A DNA stretch of 32,000 nucleotides from Methanocaldococcus jannaschii DSM 2661 (lineage in GTDB: Archaea; AGJL01; Methanococci; Methanococcales; Methanocaldococcaceae). A program made the position numbers and the translations under genes. The stretch covers positions 90,001-122,000 of the forward strand of contig NC_000909.1 of NCBI RefSeq assembly GCF_000091665.1. Reading direction: 5' to 3'. Every line of letters begins with the position of its first letter. The stretch's first letter is position 1. Under the pieces are notes generated by a model that saw only the letters and a program-made list of their open reading frames with translations, made no database searches and was not told the origin of the DNA. Positions 25,215-32,000 of the stretch are shown piece by piece.

Positions 25215-25697
25215 ATGAGTGAAGTGATAAAGGTTGTTGATGTAAAAATATTTCCACACAGATATTTGAAGGCAGAAACTACAGAGAAGGTATTAAATGA
25301 GATTTATGATTTGGATGGAATTGTTAGGGTTATAGTTCATGGACAACCCTTGCCAAAAACTGTTCCATTTGGTCCTGCAAGAGGATTGCCTGTAAATCAC
25401 CAAGATAGAAAAGTTATTAAGGTTAAAGGCGAAGAAATGGAATTGAGAGTTAAAGTTGGAGAGATAATTATAACAGTTGAAGGAGAAAAACTTGAAAAGA
25501 TAATGGATGGAATAGAAGAGATATGTAAAAGAAACTTCCCATTTGGATATGATATCTATGTAGGTGCATTTACTAAAATAAAGCCAACTGTAACTGATTA
25601 TATGAAGTATGGAGATATTAGCAGTATAGACCCAAGATTGATTGGCATGGTAGATGCATCAGCAAGATTAAAAGATTCTGTAAAGATGATAAAATAA
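25215..25697 (+). CDS. mrtD: Methyl-coenzyme M reductase operon protein D homolog (stand-alone McrD/MrtD)
   Basis: IFPHRYLKAETTEKVLNEIYDLDGIVRVIVHGQPLPKTVPFGPARGLPVNH matches my memory of the McrD family. ATG at 25215 is preceded by GAGGTGA (25203-25209). The track start at 25194 is less likely. Confidence 0.8.
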   Translation: MSEVIKVVDVKIFPHRYLKAETTEKVLNEIYDLDGIVRVIVHGQPLPKTVPFGPARGLPVNHQDRKVIKVKGEEMELRVKVGEIIITVEGEKLEKIMDGIEEICKRNFPFGYDIYVGAFTKIKPTVTDYMKYGDISSIDPRLIGMVDASARLKDSVKMIK

Positions 25698-25722
25698 ATA
25701 ATTAAAAAAATATTTTTTATTT

Positions 25723-26367
25723 TTAAAATACTTTCAAATCAATACCTTCTATATAAACTCTTTTTCCCTCAACTTGCACTACTACTCCAGAATGAACCTT
25801 CTGCATCATACAGTGTTTTGGGATAAATTTAACAGTTTTTCCAACCTCTGGAACTTTACCTTCTACAATTCCCTCAAATGCAACAACTATCGCTATACCA
25901 ACATCTTTATACTCTATTTTTTCCCCAGTTATCCTATGGCTCGGTCCCACTACATGGATTATATAAAAGCCATGATACTCATCGATTATTTTAGCAAAGT
26001 GTGGAATTGGACAACCTAAAGGTCTATATCTTATATAATCTCCAACTTTAAGCTCTTTTTTATCCATAATTAATAGTGTCTCTCTACAAGAACATTCATT
26101 TGGTAGAGGTTTTAATAGAAAATCTGCCTCATATCCATCAATAACTCCAATGTATTTTTCCTCTTTTTTAATTTTTCCTTTAATCTTTAAAATCTCTTTT
26201 AATTTTTCATAGTTTTCTTTAAATCTCTCCCTAAGCAAAAATGGGCAGTCCTCTAATTTTACATCTTTATTTAATAATGCCTCAGCAAATAAATCACATC
26301 TCTTATAACCACAAGCTCCACAATTGAATCCTGGAAGATATTTGGTAATTTCATTTACATCGACCAT
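25723..26367 (-). CDS. Fe-S protein: N-terminal CdhE/RnfB-type 4Fe-4S domain plus uncharacterised C-terminal domain
   Basis: [32 protein letters not shown] has the same Cx2Cx4Cx16CP spacing as the CdhE N-terminus in this window. I prefer the ATG at 26367, one nt after the upstream TAA and preceded by GGGGAG, over the track start at 26397. Confidence 0.7.
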   Translation of the reverse strand: MVDVNEITKYLPGFNCGACGYKRCDLFAEALLNKDVKLEDCPFLLRERFKENYEKLKEILKIKGKIKKEEKYIGVIDGYEADFLLKPLPNECSCRETLLIMDKKELKVGDYIRYRPLGCPIPHFAKIIDEYHGFYIIHVVGPSHRITGEKIEYKDVGIAIVVAFEGIVEGKVPEVGKTVKFIPKHCMMQKVHSGVVVQVEGKRVYIEGIDLKVF

Positions 26368-26368
26368 T

Positions 26369-27070
26369 TTACTCCCCTTCATATTCCATGAATCCATCTA
26401 TTCTTCTTAAAATTCCTCTGTGATACTTTTTACTAACTCTTGTCTCTCCAACACATAAGGTGCAAATACACAATGGAGCGTTGTGTCTTAGCTCTTCATT
26501 TTCTAAATCTTTAATATCTTTGCTTTCAATAATCTCCTTGGCTATTTCAACACATCCCTGCCCTGTAAGTCCATTAACTTCATAAATTCTACAATTTGGG
26601 TTCATCTCTAAAACTCTTTCTCTAAAAACTTCTCTTTCAGCTTGAGAGATGATATCTCCTTTGGTTATAACTACAATATCTGCACTTGTTAAGAACGGCC
26701 CTACTTTTCTTGGCGTGTTCGGCCCTGAAGTGGCATCAATGACACAAATTCCCAAACTGTTTTTTGTGTAAGGGGCACATCTATGGCAGAGACCAGCAGT
26801 TTCTATTAGTAAGATATCTCCCTTATCCTTAGCCCAATCAACCATTTCTTCAAAGTTGTATATTGCAAAGTGGTCTGGGCACATATCCTTACTTAAACCA
26901 ACTAAAACAGGGATGCCCAATTTTTTATACCTGACATCATCGTCAGTATATAAACAGTCAATTTTTACAACTACTGGCTTATATCCTTCATTAATTAAGG
27001 TTCTTATTGTGTGAATTAATACTGAAGTCTTTCCAGCTCCAGGGGTTCCTGCAACTATTGCCACTTTCAT
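26369..27070 (-). CDS. G3E-family P-loop GTPase (HypB/UreG/CobW-like metallochaperone)
   Basis: GTPGAGKT Walker A, ETAG (the ExxG signature of G3E), TKGD specificity motif. Cys/His clusters CPDH, GLCHRC and CICTLC. ATGA overlap with the upstream ABC gene. Confidence 0.8.
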   Translation of the reverse strand: MKVAIVAGTPGAGKTSVLIHTIRTLINEGYKPVVVKIDCLYTDDDVRYKKLGIPVLVGLSKDMCPDHFAIYNFEEMVDWAKDKGDILLIETAGLCHRCAPYTKNSLGICVIDATSGPNTPRKVGPFLTSADIVVITKGDIISQAEREVFRERVLEMNPNCRIYEVNGLTGQGCVEIAKEIIESKDIKDLENEELRHNAPLCICTLCVGETRVSKKYHRGILRRIDGFMEYEGE

Positions 27071-27852
27071 CCTTTCACCATTAGGCTTATATCTTCATGA
27101 GTCAATCTCTCTCCAAACCTAATCTTTTCTCTTAAAGAGAGTAGCCAGTTATCAACCTCATTTATTTTTCTTGAAATTTCCTTCTCTTCTTCAGTAGTTT
27201 CTATAATCTTCTGCATTCCTCCGTTTCTCATCACTATCCTTCTATCAGTCATTAAAGCCAAGACAGGGTCGTGAGTTATAACTAAAACAATCTTTCCATA
27301 TCCTGCCAATAACTCTAAAGCCTCATGCTTCTTTATTCCAGCGTTTTCAATCTCATCTATTAAAACTATGGGAGAATCGCTTATTACAGCTACATCAGCA
27401 ACCATTAAACTTCTTGACTGCCCTCCACTTAGGATTGTTAAGTTGTAGTCTTTCTTTATTGGCTCTCCTGTTAATCTATTTGCTAATTCTATGACTTCAT
27501 CAACAATATTTTCTCTATAAACTCCCCTACTCTTCGCATGCATTAAAATAAACTCCTCTACAGTCATGTCTGCTAAAAAATTCATGTTTTGAGATAGTTG
27601 GGCAATTCTTCTCTTTTTTGGGTCTCTTCTCATCTCTATTGGAGGAACTTCTCCATTAACTAAAATTCTTCTCTTGGAGATGGTATCTCCTTGAGCTAAC
27701 TGCTCTATATCGCTGATTAAATTTGATTTCCCACTTCCTGTTGGCCCAACAACACCGACAATCTCTCCTCTTTTTATTGTAACCTCCCTTACAGGTTCTG
27801 GATTGCCGTTCTTGTCATAACCACCGATAATTGTTATCTCCTTAATTTCCAT
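27067..27852 (-). CDS. ABC-type ATPase, single NBD, no permease partner in the operon
   Basis: GPTGSGKS Walker A, LSGGQ signature, IVLIDE Walker B, ITHD H-loop. It is the first gene of a three-gene overlapping operon. Confidence 0.9.
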   Translation of the reverse strand: MEIKEITIIGGYDKNGNPEPVREVTIKRGEIVGVVGPTGSGKSNLISDIEQLAQGDTISKRRILVNGEVPPIEMRRDPKKRRIAQLSQNMNFLADMTVEEFILMHAKSRGVYRENIVDEVIELANRLTGEPIKKDYNLTILSGGQSRSLMVADVAVISDSPIVLIDEIENAGIKKHEALELLAGYGKIVLVITHDPVLALMTDRRIVMRNGGMQKIIETTEEEKEISRKINEVDNWLLSLREKIRFGERLTHEDISLMVKG

Positions 27853-28051
27853 ATTCCCATCCTAAAAATTATTTTTTCTTATAAGAAAAATTGATATATA
27901 TATTTACATTATAAGGTTATTTACAATTACTATTGGATAAACAGTTTTATATAATTTTTGATTTTTTGCAGAATAATTTAATCTATTAATTTAAATTAAT
28001 AAATATAAAAGATAAAAAAAGAAAACACCTCTTAGATGAAATTTATTTCTA

Positions 28052-28184
28052 AAAAAAGATGTATCTACCCTTGGAAAACCGTGGCCTTCATTGAAGCCAT
28101 AACGGCTACTCGGCACGGCCGCCTTGTGGGTAGAATGCCGAGGTGGTTTCATCCCCTGCGGAAGGTCGCCACCCGGGACATATA
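28052..28184 (-). ncRNA. GC-rich structured small RNA candidate, class unknown
   Basis: ~130-nt GC-rich island in AT-rich intergenic DNA. On the minus strand a TATA box aaaatatatata (28206-28217) lies ~25 nt upstream, and T7 (28051-28057) follows ...GGGTAGATACATC. Strong helices include CTCGGCA/TGCCGAG and an interrupted long-range closing helix. ORFs called here are implausible. Confidence 0.55.
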
Positions 28185-28230
28185 TTAATTTATGCAAATT
28201 GTGGTATATATATTTTATTCCAACAATTAT

Positions 28231-29157
28231 TTATTTCTCAAGCCAGCCAAAGTATTTTTCTATTATATACCAAGCTCCCTGTGGAGGAATTAACCCCACC
28301 TCTGTTATTATAGCATCTATATACTTAGCTGGTGTTACATCAAATGCGGGATTCCTAATTTTTATTCCTTTGTATTTATCTTCAAAAACTGCAACTTCCT
28401 CTGGGCTTCTTTCTTCTATCTCAATTAGCTCTCCAACTATAGTCTTTGGATGGAATTTGTATGTTTCAGCGGCTGTTAAAAAAGGTACTCTACTTTCATT
28501 TGCTATTAAAGCAATTTGTGAAGTTCCTATTTTATTTACAAGGCAACCATTTGCTGTTATGGCATCAGCTCCAACGACGACAATATCTATCTCTTTTATA
28601 AAGTACCTCACTGCAGAATCTACTATTAGGGTTACATCAATACCATAATCATAGAGGGTTTTAGCTGTTAAATATCCCTGATTTCTTGGTCTTGTCTCTG
28701 TGCAGAAAACTTTGATATCTTTTCCTTCATCGTAAGCAGTTTTTATAACGCTTATTGCAGCTTCAGAGTTGCAGTGAGTTAAGATAGTGTCTCCATCTTT
28801 TATTCTATTTGCTCCAAACTTTCCTATATTTTCAATTGCCTTTAATGATGAGTTGATGAATTCATCAGCTCTCTCTATAACTCTTTCTTTTGGATTTTCT
28901 TCATTTAAGCCCTTTAATACATACTTTACAACATTTGGTAGAGAAACAGCTGTAGGTCTTGCTGATATTAATATATTTCCTGCCTCTCTCATTTTATTTT
29001 TGAATTCTTCTTCATTTAAATGGCTAATTTTTAGAGCATATTCTTTTAATGCCTTAGCTGCTGCTCTTCCTATTCTCCCCGCCCCCCTAATCTCCATATT
29101 TTTGATTTTTTCATAGGTTTCTTTTATAATATCCATTTCACTCATTTTAAACACCAA
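28231..29157 (-). CDS. eIF-2B alpha/beta/delta-family protein, ribose-1,5-bisphosphate isomerase type
   Basis: 308 aa. EIRGAGRIGRAAAKAL N-terminal motif, TETRPRNQG, and VVVGADAITANGCLVNKIGT. The size fits the archaeal e2b2/R15P isomerase group. Confidence 0.85.
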   Translation of the reverse strand: MVFKMSEMDIIKETYEKIKNMEIRGAGRIGRAAAKALKEYALKISHLNEEEFKNKMREAGNILISARPTAVSLPNVVKYVLKGLNEENPKERVIERADEFINSSLKAIENIGKFGANRIKDGDTILTHCNSEAAISVIKTAYDEGKDIKVFCTETRPRNQGYLTAKTLYDYGIDVTLIVDSAVRYFIKEIDIVVVGADAITANGCLVNKIGTSQIALIANESRVPFLTAAETYKFHPKTIVGELIEIEERSPEEVAVFEDKYKGIKIRNPAFDVTPAKYIDAIITEVGLIPPQGAWYIIEKYFGWLEK

Positions 29158-29191
29158 AAATTTATTTTAAATTAATTTTTTATCTCTTTTA

Positions 29192-29524
29192 TCATATAAG
29201 TTTTTGTATGATTTTTAATTCAATCTCATCACATTCATTCTTAGAAAAATAGTTTCTTAATTCGTTCTCAAACTTTATGCCATGGTTTATTGATTTTATT
29301 TTAAAGTGTATAAGTTCGTGTAATATTATATAGTGGAGAAGTTCCTCATCAAAATTTTCAACAACATATTTGTTTAATCTTAAAGTCTTTGTTTTAAAGG
29401 AAAATGAAGCAATTTTTTGTTTCATTGGTTTTATTTCTATATTTATGCTTTCATTGATATTTAATGAAATTAAAATTTCATTAACAATGTCTTTAATATC
29501 TTTTTTATTTTCATTGATTTTCAT
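29192..29524 (-). CDS. Short DUF45/YgjP-like zinc metallopeptidase-fold protein (HExxH)
   Basis: 110 aa. ASFSFKTKTLRLN...LLHYIILHELIHFKIKSINHG matches the DUF45 pattern (WGSC-like strand, then HELxH...H). Overlaps the hsdR stop by 14 nt. Confidence 0.7.
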   Translation of the reverse strand: MKINENKKDIKDIVNEILISLNINESINIEIKPMKQKIASFSFKTKTLRLNKYVVENFDEELLHYIILHELIHFKIKSINHGIKFENELRNYFSKNECDEIELKIIQKLI

Positions 29525-32000
29525 AATTCTCTCCCCATATTTCTTTTAAGATGAATTCAGAAACTAAATTATCTGATAATTCAGCCACTTTTTTAGCGTC
29601 TTCATCTTTAATTTTTCCTTTTAGCTCTTTTAATAAATCTTCAAGTAATGCACATGACAATTCTTTTTTGAATTTTTTTCTTTGTAATTTTGATAATTTA
29701 TTTAAATTTTGCATTTTAGTAATTAGTTTTTCAGTATTTTCTAAGTTCAATTTAATATCTTGGTCTTTTAATATATTTTCGCCTATATAGGTGCTTATTG
29801 ATTCTTTTATTCTTTCAATTGATGATTTTCCTTTTATTTTTTTATCGTAGTTGTTTTTTAATTCCATAAGGTTTTTTATGGCGTTCAAATAAATTTTGTC
29901 ATCTATCCTCTTCATAATCCAGTCTCTTCTTAATCTTTCCAATCTTTCTAATATTTCCTTATATATTGGGTCGTGCTGTTTATCTAAGATGCTATTTTTT
30001 AAAATAAAATAGTAATTTGCTACTGCTCTTTTTATCTCTCTCTTTCCAATATTTTCTTTTAAAATCTTATCTAAATCATCAGGGTTGAGATTTATCTCTT
30101 CAATTACAGTTAAATCATCAACAAGCATTTTATTGTGTATAAATGATATTAATTCCTCCCAGAATTTTCTATTTGATTTCTTTTTTGGCTTTAGTTTTTT
30201 TATTAAGTAAGCATATATGAAGGATAGAAGTTCAATATCCTCAATATAAAAAATCTTTTGTGGATAAGAACCTAATGCTTTATAAAGTTTGATTACTGCT
30301 TTTAAATCATCTATAAGCTTTAAAATTCTCGCATTTTTTCCGTCTTCTGCATAAAATGCAATTAAATCCAATTTTTCTTTTAACTCATTGTTATTGAAAT
30401 CTTTGTTTTTTGTTAAAGTTTTAAGAGTATTTACATCTATGCTTAAATCCTCATCGTTAATTTTTAAATTTTTTAATGATTCTTTAACCATTTCTAACTT
30501 TAATTTAAATTCTTGGAAAATCTCATCAATTGAACTAATTAAATTGTTTTTGAAATCTTCCCTAATCTCTTCCTCCGCCAACATGTTGTATAATGCCATA
30601 GTTTCGGTTAAAACTTTAAATAATCCAACAGAATCAACTATTAAACCAAATTCTTTGTCTGGATATGGTCTGTTAGTTCTTGCTATTGCTTGTAGTAATC
30701 TATGCCCATACAGTGGTTTATCCAAATACATAACCTTTAATCTTGGAGCGTCAAAGCCTGTTAAAAGCATATCTGTAACTATCAAAATTTTTGGATTTTC
30801 TGAATTTAAGAATTCTTCTCTAATAATTTGGTTAATCTCATTAAAATCGTTAGAATTTCTTTCTTTTTTAAGTTTTTTCATGTATTCAATAATTTCTTTC
30901 TCTTCTTCGTTGTGGTGATATGTCATCACAACTTCAGCCCATTTCTCTGCCTCATCTCCAAACTTTTCTTTTAAATACTTATCAAGTGCTTTTTTAAATC
31001 TAACACACCCCAATCTATTGACTGCAACAACCATTGCCTTAAATTTGAAGTTTTCAGTATCTTCTTCTATCCTATCAACTATATATTTTGCAACTTTATC
31101 AATTCTTTTGGGGTTTAATAAAATTGTTTTTGATTTATTTATATATTTTGGAAGTTTTTTTCTATCAAATAGGTTAATATCTTCCCCCCTTTTAATCCAC
31201 TCATCAATAAATTCTTTTATATCTTCTTCATCCAATGTAATTTGAATTCCTTCTGATTTGATATCTCCTTCTTTTACAATTTGATAAGTTAATGGGAGGG
31301 TAAATTTGTCTTTTATGGAATCTCCTATGAAATACACATCTAAATAAAACTCTCCCTTTTCTGGATACGAAAATTCTGTAAATGTGTTTTTTTCATTTTT
31401 AAATACTGGTGTTCCTGTAAATCCAAATGTAATGGCATTTGGAAATGTTATTTTTCTCATACCTCCCAAAATTCCGTATTGTGTTCTGTGAGCTTCATCT
31501 ATCAGTATTAGAATATGTTTTCTTTTGATATTTCCTAAGTTTATTAGGTATTCTTCTTTTTTATCTTTATCTTTTAGTTTTTTTAGGTTTTCTATATGTT
31601 TTTTATATTCTTCAGGGTTTTTTTCTTTTAGATGTTTTAGATATATGAATGCCAATATTATTAAAAGGTCTTTTAATCCTTTTATTTTTCCTTCTTTTTC
31701 TTCTTTTTTTAATTTATCTTCAATTTTTTTGATAATCTCTTCAATGGGTTTTGATAAATCCAAATCTTCGTCATCTTTATCCTTTTCCTTATTATTATCC
31801 TTTTCTTTTTTACTTCTTTCATATTGAAATTTTTGTATTGTTGTTGTGTAAATACCCCTAACAATAACTTTATTACTTAATTCACTCATTTTTATTGATT
31901 TTATGACTTCATAAAGCTTATTTATGCTGTCAATTCTTTTTAAAATGGTTTTAAATTTTTTCTCTTGGATTGCTTCATAAAACTCTTTACTCTGCCTTTC
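29511..32000 (-). CDS. hsdR: Type I restriction enzyme R subunit (HsdR), N-terminus beyond window end
   Basis: TTIQKF, LILIDEAHRTQYG (DEAH), FGFTGTP, ILIVTDMLLTGFDAP, LLQAIARTNR. My translation upstream of the track ATG (31889) stays open to position 32000 (ERQSKEFYEAIQEKKFKTILKRIDSINKLYEVIKSIK-MSELS), so the gene continues out of the window. Confidence 0.9.
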   Translation of the reverse strand, partial: ERQSKEFYEAIQEKKFKTILKRIDSINKLYEVIKSIKMSELSNKVIVRGIYTTTIQKFQYERSKKEKDNNKEKDKDDEDLDLSKPIEEIIKKIEDKLKKEEKEGKIKGLKDLLIILAFIYLKHLKEKNPEEYKKHIENLKKLKDKDKKEEYLINLGNIKRKHILILIDEAHRTQYGILGGMRKITFPNAITFGFTGTPVFKNEKNTFTEFSYPEKGEFYLDVYFIGDSIKDKFTLPLTYQIVKEGDIKSEGIQITLDEEDIKEFIDEWIKRGEDINLFDRKKLPKYINKSKTILLNPKRIDKVAKYIVDRIEEDTENFKFKAMVVAVNRLGCVRFKKALDKYLKEKFGDEAEKWAEVVMTYHHNEEEKEIIEYMKKLKKERNSNDFNEINQIIREEFLNSENPKILIVTDMLLTGFDAPRLKVMYLDKPLYGHRLLQAIARTNRPYPDKEFGLIVDSVGLFKVLTETMALYNMLAEEEIREDFKNNLISSIDEIFQEFKLKLEMVKESLKNLKINDEDLSIDVNTLKTLTKNKDFNNNELKEKLDLIAFYAEDGKNARILKLIDDLKAVIKLYKALGSYPQKIFYIEDIELLSFIYAYLIKKLKPKKKSNRKFWEELISFIHNKMLVDDLTVIEEINLNPDDLDKILKENIGKREIKRAVANYYFILKNSILDKQHDPIYKEILERLERLRRDWIMKRIDDKIYLNAIKNLMELKNNYDKKIKGKSSIERIKESISTYIGENILKDQDIKLNLENTEKLITKMQNLNKLSKLQRKKFKKELSCALLEDLLKELKGKIKDEDAKKVAELSDNLVSEFILKEIWGENYENQ

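Noticed and set aside
27991-28648. 68-aa (minus) and 174-aa (plus) ORFs across the GC-rich island
   Set aside because: The first covers the structured RNA candidate. The second is antisense to the eIF-2B-family gene and has the Ser/Ile/Phe-rich mirror-frame composition. Neither has a ribosome-binding site or motif support.
29511-32000. Possibility that hsdR is a truncated pseudogene starting at ATG 31889
   Set aside because: The reading frame remains open upstream to the window edge and the visible part lacks the N-terminal nuclease and motif I region. The gene most likely continues beyond the window, so truncation cannot be inferred.

Overview
Very AT-rich archaeal chromosome segment. GC is confined to RNA genes and short hairpins. 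Gene content and order look like a hyperthermophilic Methanocaldococcus-type methanogen; from memory it resembles the M. jannaschii MJ0096-MJ0124 region (not verified). Most of the window is housekeeping: aIF2 beta and alpha, L37e, Nop10, SRP54, SecD, pyruvate kinase, IMPase/FBPase, UbiX, the ACDS gamma and delta subunits (cdhE, cdhD), an McrD/MrtD homolog, the DUF39-CBS plus NIL-ferredoxin homocysteine pair, ArfB and ribose-1,5-bisphosphate isomerase. There are three tRNAs: intron-containing Met, Leu and Sec. There are two tiny cas-less CRISPR arrays with a shared leader. The right edge carries a partial type I restriction HsdR plus a DUF45 metalloprotease. The most interesting structure is non-coding. 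A family of modular GC-rich hairpin-chain elements sits 0-8 nt after gene 3' ends. At four loci (tRNA-Met, tRNA-Leu, cdhD and a PQ-loop gene) a short element is bracketed by the intact gene end and a displaced copy of that same 3' terminus. In the two protein genes the displaced copy differs mainly at silent or conservative positions. This is an attL/attR-like layout with no integrase in an 80-240 bp interior. Other leads are a permease-less ABC ATPase + G3E GTPase + Fe-S protein operon next to mrtD, a promoter-to-oligo-T bounded GC-rich small RNA candidate, a repeat-type switch inside one CRISPR array, and AT-rich nested palindromes around TATA boxes.
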